Below, in pieces: positions 29,937-39,772 of a stretch of 64,000 bases of DNA. The translations under genes were made by a program, and so were the position numbers. Numbering within the stretch: position 1 is the first letter of the stretch; the number at the start of each line of letters is the position of its first letter. Below the pieces are notes generated by a model, which searched no databases, was not told the origin of the DNA, and worked only from the letters and a program-made list of their open reading frames with translations. The DNA comes from Chthoniobacteraceae bacterium. Its GTDB lineage: Bacteria > Verrucomicrobiota > Verrucomicrobiia > Chthoniobacterales > Chthoniobacteraceae. The stretch covers positions 1 through 64,000 of the forward strand of contig JANNWY010000012.1 in the NCBI GenBank assembly GCA_031409335.1, written 5' to 3'.

Positions 29937-30347
29937 ATGAAATCCATCCTCCCGTTCGCCCTCGTGACCGCCGTTCTCGCAGTTTCCGCAATGCCAGTGT
30001 CCGCGGCGGACGCTCCAAAGCCGCTCGACACCATCGTTGACAAAGCGATGAAGGGTTACAACGACGGCGACGCGAAGGTCTTCTTTGCCGACTACGCGAA
30101 ACTCCTGGCCGCTGTGGCAACGCCGGCGACTTTCGATGCGCTCTACAAAAATGCCGCGATGAAAGAGTTCGGGAAGTTTGTGTCGAAGAAGCTGGTCGCC
30201 GGTCAATCGGTTGTCGAAGGCGAGACGCCACTGCTGGTTTACGAGGCAAAGTTTGAGAAGAATCCGCGCGTCAAACTCGCGGTGAATTTCATGCAGGAAG
30301 AGGGCAAGCCAAAGGTGATGCAGGTGACGATCGAGAAATTCCAGTAG
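29937..30347 (+). CDS. Small secreted protein (DUF3887/NTF2-like)
   Basis: Signal peptide MKSILPFALV...VSA; FGKF, YEAKFEK pattern. Confidence 0.7.
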   Translation: MKSILPFALVTAVLAVSAMPVSAADAPKPLDTIVDKAMKGYNDGDAKVFFADYAKLLAAVATPATFDALYKNAAMKEFGKFVSKKLVAGQSVVEGETPLLVYEAKFEKNPRVKLAVNFMQEEGKPKVMQVTIEKFQ

Positions 30348-30467
30348 CGTTCGACCGAGCCTGCCCGCGCGAAAAAAACGCCGCCGCAAAGGTGTGCCGG
30401 GGCTGCTCGAAATCGCGGCTGCATTCGCCCTTGCCGGAGGTGGTTCGTCCCTTACAGTCGCGCCCCG

Positions 30468-33400
30468 ATGTTGTCTGGAATTCCCGATTTTGCGCGCTCC
30501 GCCGCGCTCGATTACCTGCGCACGTTTCCGCGTGCGATGGTGCAGCGCGGGGAGGAATATGTCTCGCGCAAGCGGGTGCAAAAGGTGATGCCGTTGAAGG
30601 AGCGGATTGGTTTCGTCGCGGAAGTCACGGGCACGCTCGACTACGAAGTGCTCGCGACTTTCGATCAGAAAACTGGCCGGTGGGATTGCGAGTGTGACTG
30701 CCCGGTCGGCATCCAGTGCAAGCACTGCTACGCGGCGATGAAGACGATGGTCATCCAAAGCGTGGCGGTCGCCGCCGAGCAATCGGCACCCCCGATGCCG
30801 CCTCCGACCGGGCCGCTCGCGGACGCACTCGCGCAGGCTGCGGGCAGAAAGTTGAACGAGGAAGAAAACGAATATCTCCATCGGGTCGGGTCCGTTTTTG
30901 CCAAAGCGAAACAGGCTCATGGCATCCTGGTGAATGATTTTTCGACGCTCGGTTTCAAGATTCCCGGATTCCATTGGGATCGCGTCGCCGCGTGGCCGTC
31001 GCTGCCGGCAAATGAACTCGAATTCTGGCACTACATCGCGCTTTTCGTCGAAGCGGCGGGCGCGAGCGTGCCGCGCGTGATGCGGCCACTGGAAGTGCCG
31101 GATGCGGTGCGCGCGCGCGTGGCAAAGTGGCGGCGCGGACTCGAAGTGGAGCGTTGGAAAAGGCTGCTCTCGCGCCTGCCGGAAGCGGAACCGGAAATGC
31201 CGCCGGGCGAATACGATTTGCGGGTGCGCTTTTTTTCGGATGAGGCAGTCGTGGAGGCAAAGCGACCGGGGACGACGGAGTTTGAGCCAATGAAGGCGGC
31301 GGCGTTCAAGCAACTGCCGGATGTGCTGACCAGCGCGCTCACGCCCGAGGCAGCGTTGCTGCGCCAGCTTTTGGAGGAGCGCGCGGACTTTGGTTACGCG
31401 CCAGCATTGCGGTATCTCGAGCAGACTGCCACCGAAGTGCTTTCGGAAATGCTGCGCGTGCCGTGGCTGGAAAGCCGGCTCATCGGCGAGTCCGGTCGGC
31501 CGCTCGCGCGTCCGGCGGAGCCACTGCGCTGGCAGCTCGATCCGGCGGCGGATGAGTCTGGCGACTATCGCCTGCGCCTGGTGCAGCCCGACGGTCAGGG
31601 CGCGGAAAATTTCCTGCTCGTCGTGGAAGGCACGCCCACACTTTACCTCACGCGCGACACGCTCTGGCGCGGGCCGCTGCTCGACGCGCACGCGCTCACG
31701 CCGGGCGAGGAGGCGCGCATCCCCGCGCCCGCGCTCGAGACCGGACACGGCGTTCGTTTTCTACGAAAGCACGGCGTCGATCTGCCGCCGCGACTCCAGC
31801 AGCGCGTGCGCACGGTCGTCGTAAAGCCGCGACTGCGCTGCGAAATCCAGCCGACGTATCCGGGGGCGAAGGAGGAAACCTGCGTCATCCACGTGCTGGC
31901 GGAGTCCGAGGATGCGAGTTCGACGTTTGTATTCGTTCGCGACGAGTGGGTCGAGACGAGCCCCGAAAAGGCGAAGAAAGACTCGCTGATTTTCCACGAT
32001 CGCGCCGCGCTCGCCGGAGTGCCCGCGCTGCTGGAGCCGCTGCGGCTCAAGTGGGATTCCTTCGCGCGGCATTTTCATTTCAAGGTGACGAAAAAGTTCG
32101 CCGACGTATTCGGGACATGGCTCGCGGGCCTGCCGCCGGGACTGGCCGTCGAGCTGATGGGCGACCTCGCATCGTTCCAAAGCGCCGCAATATCCGGCTC
32201 GGTGCGGCTCGGCGTGGAGGAGGCGGATTTGGATTGGTTCGACCTGCGCGTGGTGCTCGACGTTTCCGACACGCAGCTCACGAAACTGGAGTTGAAGCTG
32301 CTGCTCGATGCCGGTGGAAAATGGGTGCGGCTTGGCAACAAAGGCTGGCGCAGGCTGGAGTTCAAGCTCTCCGACGAAGACGACGAACAGCTCTCGCGTC
32401 TCGGGCTGAACCCGCGCGATCTTTCCAGCGAACCGCAGCGCATGCACGCGCTGCAACTCGCCGATCCCGCGGCGAAACGCTTCCTGCCGCAGGAGCAATA
32501 CGAAAGCGTGCAGCGCCGCGCGAGCGAACTGCAAACGCGCGTGACACCCCCGGTCCCCGCTGCGATCCGCGCCGATCTGCGACCGTATCAACTCGAAGGT
32601 TTCCACTTCCTCGCCTACCTGAGCACGAACCGTTTCGGCGGCGTGCTCGCCGACGACATGGGCCTTGGAAAAACCGTGCAAACACTGACGTGGCTCGCGT
32701 GGCTCCGTGATTCTGGAAACCAGAAAACGCCCTCCCTCGTCGTCTGTCCGAAAAGCGTGGCCGACAACTGGCGCGCCGAGGTCGAGCGCTTCCTGCCGGA
32801 CTTGCGCGTGCGGGTATGGGGCCGGCTCGACCTCGGGAAACTGCCGAAGGAAACCGCCAGCGCCGATTTGCACGTCATCAACTACGCGCAGCTTCGCAGC
32901 CTTGAAAAAGAGATCATCGCGATCCCATTCCTAGCCGTGATTTTGGATGAAGGCCAGTTCATCAAGAACCCCGACTCCACCACGGCCAAGCTCGCGCGCG
33001 GTCTGCGCTCCGAGCATCGCCTGATTCTCAGCGGCACGCCGATCGAAAATCGCCTGCTCGATTTGTGGAGCCTCATGGCTTTCGCGATGCCCGGCATCCT
33101 CGGTCAGCGCGCCGCATTTGCCCGCACCTACGATGCGAAGGAAGACCCGTTCGCGCGCCGCCGCCTCGCCGCCCGCGTCCGTCCGTTCGTCCTCCGCCGC
33201 ACGAAAGGCCAGGTCGCCAAGGATCTGCCCGATCGCATCGAGGAGGATCTCTACTGCGAACTCGAGGGCGAACAGAAGACGCTCTACCGCGCCGAACTCA
33301 AACGCGCGCAGCAGATGCTCTTGCGCGTGGACACCCAAAAACAGCTCGCGAAAGAACGCTTCCACTTTCTCACCTCGCTCCTGCGCCTCCGCCAAATCTG

Positions 33401-33947
33401 CTGCCACCCGCGCCTCATCAAGCCCGATTCCAAAGCAGAAAGCGCCAAGCTCGAATCGCTGCTCGACACCCTCGAACCGCTCATCGAGGAAGGCCACAAG
33501 GTCCTCGTTTTTTCGCAGTTCGTGGAAATGCTCGGCATCGTCCGCGAGTCGATCGAGGCCCGCGGCTGGCCAATGTTTTACCTCGCGGGCGACACGGAAA
33601 ATCGCGGCGATCTCGTCAGAGAATTTCAGGCAGCCGAGGGTTCCGCCGTTTTCCTGATCTCGCTGAAAGCAGGCGGCTTTGGGCTGAATCTCACCGCCGC
33701 GAGTTACGTCGTGCTTTTCGATCCGTGGTGGAATCCCGCCGTCGAAAACCAGGCGATCGACCGCACGCACCGCATCGGTCAGGTGAACAAAGTCATCGCC
33801 TACCGCCTGTTGATCAAAAACAGCATCGAGGAAAAAATCCGCGCCCTGCAAAAGCAAAAGAGCGGCCTCGCGGATGATGTGCTCGGCGAAGAAAAATTCG
33901 CGCAAAGCCTGTCACTCGACGACCTGCACTTTCTATTTTCGGAATGA
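30468..33947 (+). CDS. SWIM zinc finger SNF2-family helicase/ATPase
   Basis: CECDCPVGIQCKH, LRPYQ, LADDMGLGKT, DEGQ, SGTPIEN, FSQF, DPWWNPAVENQAIDRTHRIGQ. Confidence 0.95.
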   Translation: MLSGIPDFARSAALDYLRTFPRAMVQRGEEYVSRKRVQKVMPLKERIGFVAEVTGTLDYEVLATFDQKTGRWDCECDCPVGIQCKHCYAAMKTMVIQSVAVAAEQSAPPMPPPTGPLADALAQAAGRKLNEEENEYLHRVGSVFAKAKQAHGILVNDFSTLGFKIPGFHWDRVAAWPSLPANELEFWHYIALFVEAAGASVPRVMRPLEVPDAVRARVAKWRRGLEVERWKRLLSRLPEAEPEMPPGEYDLRVRFFSDEAVVEAKRPGTTEFEPMKAAAFKQLPDVLTSALTPEAALLRQLLEERADFGYAPALRYLEQTATEVLSEMLRVPWLESRLIGESGRPLARPAEPLRWQLDPAADESGDYRLRLVQPDGQGAENFLLVVEGTPTLYLTRDTLWRGPLLDAHALTPGEEARIPAPALETGHGVRFLRKHGVDLPPRLQQRVRTVVVKPRLRCEIQPTYPGAKEETCVIHVLAESEDASSTFVFVRDEWVETSPEKAKKDSLIFHDRAALAGVPALLEPLRLKWDSFARHFHFKVTKKFADVFGTWLAGLPPGLAVELMGDLASFQSAAISGSVRLGVEEADLDWFDLRVVLDVSDTQLTKLELKLLLDAGGKWVRLGNKGWRRLEFKLSDEDDEQLSRLGLNPRDLSSEPQRMHALQLADPAAKRFLPQEQYESVQRRASELQTRVTPPVPAAIRADLRPYQLEGFHFLAYLSTNRFGGVLADDMGLGKTVQTLTWLAWLRDSGNQKTPSLVVCPKSVADNWRAEVERFLPDLRVRVWGRLDLGKLPKETASADLHVINYAQLRSLEKEIIAIPFLAVILDEGQFIKNPDSTTAKLARGLRSEHRLILSGTPIENRLLDLWSLMAFAMPGILGQRAAFARTYDAKEDPFARRRLAARVRPFVLRRTKGQVAKDLPDRIEEDLYCELEGEQKTLYRAELKRAQQMLLRVDTQKQLAKERFHFLTSLLRLRQICCHPRLIKPDSKAESAKLESLLDTLEPLIEEGHKVLVFSQFVEMLGIVRESIEARGWPMFYLAGDTENRGDLVREFQAAEGSAVFLISLKAGGFGLNLTAASYVVLFDPWWNPAVENQAIDRTHRIGQVNKVIAYRLLIKNSIEEKIRALQKQKSGLADDVLGEEKFAQSLSLDDLHFLFSE

Positions 33948-33988
33948 TGGGAGGGCGAGCCTCCCGCCGAGCTTTGATCCCAAAAACA

Positions 33989-34120
33989 GCGATGGAGATT
34001 GTCGCGAAGAACGCGGACGACGTGGAAAACGCGGATGAATTTTGTTTCGAGTCCGCCATTCAAGACCCTGTCTTTCCGCGTCCTCCGTGTCCTCGGCGTC
34101 TTCCGCGGCAACTCCATCGC
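33989..34120. repeat. Palindromic element made of 9-bp-period tandem units
   Basis: GCGATGGAG(33989)...CTCCATCGC(34120) arms enclosing four CGCGGANGA-like units and four complementary units. Confidence 0.75.
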
Positions 34121-34345
34121 GTTTCCAGGTTGATCGGTCTGCTGGGGAATGGCTTGGCGAGAGCCTCGCCTTCCCGTTCGATTTCAAACACTTGCATTGT
34201 CGCCAAATCCCGCGATGGTCGCGGCCCTTTCGCGTAGCCAATTGGCGGCGTGGAGCGCTTCTCGAAAGCTTTTTGAATCCGGTGCGGAATCCTTCCTCAC
34301 CCAAACCATTTGCCCGCCCAGCGCGGCACCGCAGTCGTCTCACTT

Positions 34346-34564
34346 ATGGCAGTTGAACAAGTCATCGAAACCGAAGGTAAAATCACATCCGTCCTCGCCG
34401 GCACCATGTTCCGCGTCGAGCTGGCGAACAAGCATCTCGTGCTCGCGCACATCTCGGGAAAAATGCGGAAACGTTTCATCCGCCTCACGACAGGGGATCG
34501 AGTGAAATTGGAAATGTCGTCGTACGATCTGAACAAGGCCCGGATCGTTTACCGGCTCGGGTAA
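34346..34564 (+). CDS. infA: Translation initiation factor IF-1
   Basis: IETEG...MFRVEL.N...[12 protein letters not shown]...GDRV..E.S.YDL.KARI.YR. Confidence 0.97.
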   Translation: MAVEQVIETEGKITSVLAGTMFRVELANKHLVLAHISGKMRKRFIRLTTGDRVKLEMSSYDLNKARIVYRLG

Positions 34565-34572
34565 CGCGGTGG

Positions 34573-35448
34573 TCAGCGCTGGCAGAGCCAGCCGAGGCGC
34601 ATCCAGTTGGAGAACCACGCCTGCACTTTCGCGGCGGATTGTTCGGGAAGTTCCTTCGAGTCAGCGAGAGCCTGCGCGCAGGCCGAGTCGAGGGTCTCAC
34701 CTTCACGCAATGCGACGAGGAGCCGATACGCGGCGGGGTCGAGTCGCTTGTAGTAAACGGAAAGTTCGTGGCGATGGACGGCCATGTGGAGCGGCTTCTT
34801 CCGCGGGCGCGCGAGCAGGCGTTTGCGACGGCGCGAACGGGTGGCGGCGACGGCGTTGCTGACGCTGCCGGTTTCGATCGTGGCCTCCTTGAGTTTGCCG
34901 AGCAGTTCGTCGATCGGGTGCCACATTTCGATGAGAGTGACGTACGGTTGCACGCCGATCTTGAGCTTGTGCGGCGCTATTTTGGCGATCCGCGCGGGGT
35001 CGAGCCGCGGACGCTCTTCGCCATCGAAAGCGACGATGCGCGCCCACTCGACGCGCACCATTTCCAGCGCGAGTTTCTCGTGCGGCGCGATGAGTTGCGG
35101 ATGCGCGGCGAGGAAGCCTTCGAGCTTTTCCCCGAGATCGCGGAGCGACCACGACATCGACGGACAGCTCTGGATGTAGGCAGTGGCGAGAAGATCGAAT
35201 TTCCTCTGCCCGACGACCGCGCGGAGCCCGTGAAAGTCTTCGCCAAAATTGCCGAGCAGCCGCCACCAGTATTGCTGATTGTAGATCTGAAGGCGTTGGA
35301 AGGAATCGAGCCGGTCGTTCGGCTTGATGATGCGCGCGGCGACTTCGGAGTTATCGCGCTGCATCCCCTCGCCGGGCGTGAGCGGGCGCATGATCGCAGC
35401 AGCCATCGCGCGCTGGATGTCGGCGAGCCGGGGCGTGGAGTTTTTCAT
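34573..35448 (-). CDS. DUF2063 family RiPP partner protein (BufC/HvfC-like)
   Basis: RLQIYNQQYWWRL...DF.GL..VVG...F...AY, EWAR; directly downstream of DUF692. Confidence 0.85.
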   Translation of the reverse strand: MKNSTPRLADIQRAMAAAIMRPLTPGEGMQRDNSEVAARIIKPNDRLDSFQRLQIYNQQYWWRLLGNFGEDFHGLRAVVGQRKFDLLATAYIQSCPSMSWSLRDLGEKLEGFLAAHPQLIAPHEKLALEMVRVEWARIVAFDGEERPRLDPARIAKIAPHKLKIGVQPYVTLIEMWHPIDELLGKLKEATIETGSVSNAVAATRSRRRKRLLARPRKKPLHMAVHRHELSVYYKRLDPAAYRLLVALREGETLDSACAQALADSKELPEQSAAKVQAWFSNWMRLGWLCQR

Positions 35449-35480
35449 GTTGATGAACGCCCCGAAACCACGAAGTCGGC

Positions 35481-35673
35481 AGCGCCAAAGGCGCGATTCA
35501 TCCCAGCCTGGGGCAACGCCCCAGGAACATCGAAACGAAGTGAGCGAGGGCTGAAAGCCCGGCCCATTGCCGCGACCACGCAAAGATAGGTCGGGCTTTC
35601 AGCCCTCAGGTCCTGCGACCGAATTTTCCTGGGGCGTTGCCCTGGGCTGGGATGGTTGCGGGCCTTTGGCCCT
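35481..35673. repeat. REP/REPIN-like long inverted repeat
   Basis: Arms CATCCCAGCCTGGGGCAACGCCCCAGGAA..GAGGGCTGAAAGCCCG and CGGGCTTTCAGCCCTC..TTCCTGGGGCGTTGCCCTGGGCTGGGATG, each with internal hairpins. Confidence 0.85.
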
Positions 35674-35730
35674 CCGTGGCGATGTGCATCACCGGCTTGG
35701 CGCAGCAAGGGTGCCGATTCATTGCGGCTG

Positions 35731-36579
35731 CTACGCGGCGATGGTTTCGGCATGGGGGAGAAAACGATTGGCCTTGAGCGCTTCGCGATGCACGTCATCG
35801 AACGATGGGATGCGATCGTCCCATTCCAAAAGCGTCGCCGTGCGGCCAATGCGGCGGATGGCGTGCGCGTACATTTTCCACACGGGATCGAGGACGGGGT
35901 GATCGTGGGTATCGAGAATGTAGCGCTCGAACTTGGTGTGGCCGGCGATGTGGATTTGCGCGACGCGATCGGCGGGGACGGCGTCGAGATAGGTGTAGGG
36001 ATCGAAGCCGTGATTTTTCGCGGAGACGTAAATGTTATTCACGTCGAGCAGGATTCCGCAGTCGGCGCGCTCGACGACTTCATTCAAAAACTCCCACTCG
36101 CTCATCTCCGAGGCGTGAAACTCGACGTAGCTACTGACGTTCTCGACGCAGACGGGCAAGCCAACGAAGTCCTGCACTTCGCGAACATTCCGCGCGGTCC
36201 ACTCCACCGCTTCCCACGTATAAGGCATGGGTAGCAGGTCGTGGGTGTAGCGCCCATCGACGCTGCCCCAGCAGAGATGATCGGAAAGCCACGGCGTGCC
36301 GGTGCGTTTCGTGAGCGCCTTGAGTCGCTTCAGGTGATCGCGCTGCGGACGCGCAGCGTTTCCAAAATACATCGAGACGCCGTGCTGGACGACACGGTAA
36401 TGCTCCAAGATTTGATCCAGCACATGCAGCGGCCGCCCCGCGTCGCACATGTAGTTTTCCGAAATGATCTCGAACCAATCGACGCCCGGCTTGCGTTTCA
36501 GGATGTGCTGGTAATGCGGCACGCGCAGCCCGATACCGACGCCGTAAGCGGTGTGGTTGTTAAAACGGTTGGCAGGCAT
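35731..36579 (-). CDS. DUF692 multinuclear non-heme iron oxidase (MNIO; BufB/HvfB-like)
   Basis: G.GLR..H, EIISENY, HGVS, SDHLCW, ENVSSY, LLDVNNIYV, HIAGH, DTH, LLEWD. Confidence 0.95.
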   Translation of the reverse strand: MPANRFNNHTAYGVGIGLRVPHYQHILKRKPGVDWFEIISENYMCDAGRPLHVLDQILEHYRVVQHGVSMYFGNAARPQRDHLKRLKALTKRTGTPWLSDHLCWGSVDGRYTHDLLPMPYTWEAVEWTARNVREVQDFVGLPVCVENVSSYVEFHASEMSEWEFLNEVVERADCGILLDVNNIYVSAKNHGFDPYTYLDAVPADRVAQIHIAGHTKFERYILDTHDHPVLDPVWKMYAHAIRRIGRTATLLEWDDRIPSFDDVHREALKANRFLPHAETIAA

Positions 36580-36605
36580 TTTTTGGAAAAGCGGGAACTT
36601 TCGAC

Positions 36606-36640
36606 AAAAGGGCTCCGGCCTTTCGAAAGACCGGAGCCCC
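36606..36640 (-). terminator. Hairpin with T-tract between precursor and DUF692 (partial terminator or mRNA stabiliser)
   Basis: Minus strand GGGCTCCGGTCTT-TCGA-AAGGCCGGAGCCC-TTTT. Confidence 0.7.
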
Positions 36641-36659
36641 GTGAATTTGTCGGACGCGC

Positions 36660-36962
36660 TTACTTATGAACTGGCTTGCCGTCTTTCACAGCGCAGCCGC
36701 CCTTGCCTTTGCAGGTGTTCTTTCCAGCGCAACCTTTGTCGCCGGACTTGCAGCCGCCTTTTCCTTTGCAGGAGTTCTTGCCGGCGCAGTCATGGGTTTC
36801 GCCCTTTTCCTTTTTCTCGTCCGCGAGTTGCCCCGCGAAGGTGCCGGACTTGTCGCTCTTCGCGTTCGTGGCGGCGTTGACTTTGGCGACGAAGCCGCCC
36901 GAGATGATTCCGGCAAGGGCTGCGCCGGCGAGGAGTGTTTTGGTCGTGGTGTAGCGTTTCAT
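36660..36962 (-). CDS. Bufferin-type (BufA2-like) Cys-rich RiPP precursor
   Basis: Signal-peptide-like N-terminus plus two CAGKN(S/T)CKGKGGC repeats, upstream of DUF692-DUF2063. Confidence 0.88.
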   Translation of the reverse strand: MKRYTTTKTLLAGAALAGIISGGFVAKVNAATNAKSDKSGTFAGQLADEKKEKGETHDCAGKNSCKGKGGCKSGDKGCAGKNTCKGKGGCAVKDGKPVHK

Positions 36963-37123
36963 AGGGTCTGTTTTTGTTTTTTGTTTTCTGCGGTATCTGT
37001 CGCCTCCGCATTTCGCACCCGCGCTGCGGAGTCGGCAAAAGTGTTTGGGTAAATGGTTCGGGTCAGACGGAAGGGTAGGCTGTTTATTCCAAGAATCTTG
37101 GTCTGTGTCGCGAATGAGCGAAG

Positions 37124-37513
37124 TTAGGGTGTCTTGGTTTCGTTAAGGCGGCAGAAATCGATGGCACGGGAGCGAAACAGGAGAAGTGGGCCGTAGGCAA
37201 TCAAGATAGCCACTGAGAGCCACTGAAAAAAGTAAGAGGACGATTCTGGTGCGCCGAGTTGTCGCTCAGCATATTTGTGACCGCAGGTAAGGACCATCAA
37301 TCCAACGAACGACCATGCGTAACTGCGCCTGCGCCAAGCAAAGAGAAGAACCAACAGAAAGAGCGCTCCGATCATAATGGCAATCGCAAGGTAGTGAAGT
37401 GGCGCGGGTCTGTGGCGAAACGCAAACGGCAAAACGAGAAGGGCGGTAACCGTGACAACATGGGTTATCACCAAGCTGGTTCTTGCGTTAGAGGTGAACG
37501 AATCTGAATTCAA
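37124..37513 (-). CDS. Hypothetical 4-TM membrane protein
   Basis: Four hydrophobic segments, TTG start, visibly lower GC than its neighbours. Confidence 0.55.
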   Translation of the reverse strand: MNSDSFTSNARTSLVITHVVTVTALLVLPFAFRHRPAPLHYLAIAIMIGALFLLVLLFAWRRRSYAWSFVGLMVLTCGHKYAERQLGAPESSSYFFQWLSVAILIAYGPLLLFRSRAIDFCRLNETKTP

Positions 37514-37537
37514 TTTGGGAGAAACGCTCTGAGTCCG

Positions 37538-39649
37538 CTAACTCTTGATTTCCGCGAGATGCCCGAGGACGACTGCCTGCGTAAGGATTTCGGGGAAGAC
37601 GACAGGCTCGGCGATTCCCGGCAGGTAGAGAACGTAAACGGGCACGCCCGCGCGCTTGAATTTCTTCAGCATCTCCGTGATGGCCGGGTCGAAGTTGGTG
37701 AAGTCGGCCTTGAGTGGGATGATTTTTTTCTCGCGAAACGCCTGCTGCACTGGCGCGGTTTCGAGGACGAACTTTTCGTTGTATTTGCAGTTCAGGCACC
37801 ACTCCGCGGTGAAGTCGATGAACACCGGCTGCCCGGTCGCGATCGCTTTTGCCAGGCTGTCTGGCGAGAAGGGCTGCCACTCGATGCCGCCGGGTTTCAC
37901 GGTGGCAGTCGCGCTGCCCGGTTTCGCGGGCGCGGCGTTGAGGTCGTCTTCCAAGAAGACAAACCAACCCGCCGCGACGAGCGCGATGACGACGGGCCAC
38001 GCGACGGCGCGGTTGCGGAACGCACCGAACGCCCAGCACGCGACGCCGAGCATCAGCAAAAAGCCGCACAGCGCGATGAGCGAATCGACGCCGCGGCTGC
38101 CGCCGAAAATCCCGAGCAACCACACGACGAGCGCCATCAGCACGAAGCCCATGAACTGTTTCATACGCTCCATCCACAGGCCGGGTTTCGGCAGATATTT
38201 CATCCACGCGGGCTGCCAGGTGAGCAGGAAATACGGGAGGCTCATGCCTGCGGCGATGGCGAGGAAAATGGCGATGACGACGAGAGGCGGCTGCACCACG
38301 GCGAAGCCGAGCACGGGGCCGAGAAATGGCGCGGTGCAGGAGGTGCCGAGCAGCGTGGTGAAAAGGCCGTGGGTGAATGCGCCGCCGTAGCCTTCGCGGC
38401 CCGAGAGCGCGTCTAGTTTCGTCGCCGCGCCGCTGCCGAGCGTGACTTCGAACACGCCAAACATCGACATCGCGAAGATGAACACGAGCGCGATGAGCGC
38501 GACGAGGATGCCCGCGTTTTGAAACTGGAATCCGAAATTGAACCGACCGCCGCCAGCCTTGATCGCGATGACGAGCGCGGCGAGTCCGAGAAAGAACGTG
38601 AACACGCCCGCGACGAATGCGAGCCCGAGTCGGAAAACGCGCCGCGGCTCTTCGTGCGCCTGCGACACGAAGCCGAAGATTTTCAGCGCGATGACGGGCA
38701 GCACGCACGGCATCACATTCAGGATGAGTCCGCCGAGAAATGCGGCCCACAGTTTTGCCCACAAATTTCCCGCGGGCTCGGCGGCGTCCGCTGCGGGCGC
38801 GATCGTCTCCGTGCGGACGGATTCACCCGCGGCGATGAGCCAGCCTTCGCGCGGCGCATCGCCCTTCGCCGTGGCAAGCACGCCCTGCCACGCGAGGCCG
38901 GGTGCACCGTCTTCCACGGGAAAGGTGATCGTCCGCGCGCCATCGGTGGCGATTTCGCCGAGCTTTGGATGTCCCGGTTTTGCCTTGGGAGTCGGCGGCA
39001 GCGGATAAAACTCGGCTGTGAAATCCTTCGGCAGGCCGGTGATGTCGATCGAGAACTCGTTCGCCTTTTCGCGATGCCACTTCACCTGAAATGGCGCGCC
39101 ATCAGCCTTGGGAATTTGCGCGCGCCACTTCGTGAAAAGATCCGCGTTGTCCGGAGTCGCCGCGCCAGCGGGAAGCGCCAGCGCGAGGCTCGCAGTGCCG
39201 GGCACGCACGATTCGGCGTTGCACATTTGCCACGCGAGCTTCGCCTTGATTTCGACCGGTCCGGAAAGCGGTACCGCGGGCGGCGTGATCTCCGCGAAAA
39301 GCAGCGTCTCTTCCTCGTACACGTAGTTCAGAAAATCGCCCGCTGCTTCGTGCCGTCGTGGCGTGGGCCATTGCAGCGGACCGGCTTTGAAGCCCGGCGG
39401 CAATTCCCACTCCACACTCGTCGGCAAGCCAATGTCGCCAACGAATCGCCAGTAAATGTACCACTCCTTCTCGATCACAAACCGCACGCCGACGGTGAAT
39501 GGCTTGCCCGCCTCGATCGCTTTCGTATCGGCAACGATGCTCGTCTTTACCGCGCCCGCCTGATCGCCAAAGCCGCCAAACTGCGCCGACACCGGGCCGC
39601 CAAAAGCGAGCAGCCACATCACTACAATTAAAACGAAACGGAAACTCAT
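37538..39649 (-). CDS. dsbD: DsbD-family protein-disulfide reductase (N-terminal Ig-like domain, TM domain, thioredoxin)
   Basis: WYIYW...CNAESCVP; LNVMPCVLPV, TSCTAPF; FTAEWCLNC. Confidence 0.9.
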   Translation of the reverse strand: MSFRFVLIVVMWLLAFGGPVSAQFGGFGDQAGAVKTSIVADTKAIEAGKPFTVGVRFVIEKEWYIYWRFVGDIGLPTSVEWELPPGFKAGPLQWPTPRRHEAAGDFLNYVYEEETLLFAEITPPAVPLSGPVEIKAKLAWQMCNAESCVPGTASLALALPAGAATPDNADLFTKWRAQIPKADGAPFQVKWHREKANEFSIDITGLPKDFTAEFYPLPPTPKAKPGHPKLGEIATDGARTITFPVEDGAPGLAWQGVLATAKGDAPREGWLIAAGESVRTETIAPAADAAEPAGNLWAKLWAAFLGGLILNVMPCVLPVIALKIFGFVSQAHEEPRRVFRLGLAFVAGVFTFFLGLAALVIAIKAGGGRFNFGFQFQNAGILVALIALVFIFAMSMFGVFEVTLGSGAATKLDALSGREGYGGAFTHGLFTTLLGTSCTAPFLGPVLGFAVVQPPLVVIAIFLAIAAGMSLPYFLLTWQPAWMKYLPKPGLWMERMKQFMGFVLMALVVWLLGIFGGSRGVDSLIALCGFLLMLGVACWAFGAFRNRAVAWPVVIALVAAGWFVFLEDDLNAAPAKPGSATATVKPGGIEWQPFSPDSLAKAIATGQPVFIDFTAEWCLNCKYNEKFVLETAPVQQAFREKKIIPLKADFTNFDPAITEMLKKFKRAGVPVYVLYLPGIAEPVVFPEILTQAVVLGHLAEIKS

Positions 39650-39772
39650 GCGGGCATGATACATGGCGGGCGACGGTGACACAGGCTTTCCGGCGGGCGT
39701 TCAAAGAAAGTGTTCACGCATTCATTGGCGATGGAAGAAGACGGGGGAGTGTGGTGCATTCATTCCCGATTC

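Noticed and set aside
29694..31748. Long alternative ORFs such as 29694-31748(-), 55438-57216(+) and the 5' extension of 11975-15382(-)
   Set aside because: Arg/Ala/Pro-rich shadow frames overlapping well-supported genes in high-GC DNA
30468..33947. SNF2 helicase as part of an anti-phage defence system
   Set aside because: Stand-alone SWIM-SNF2 with no nuclease, methylase or other defence neighbours
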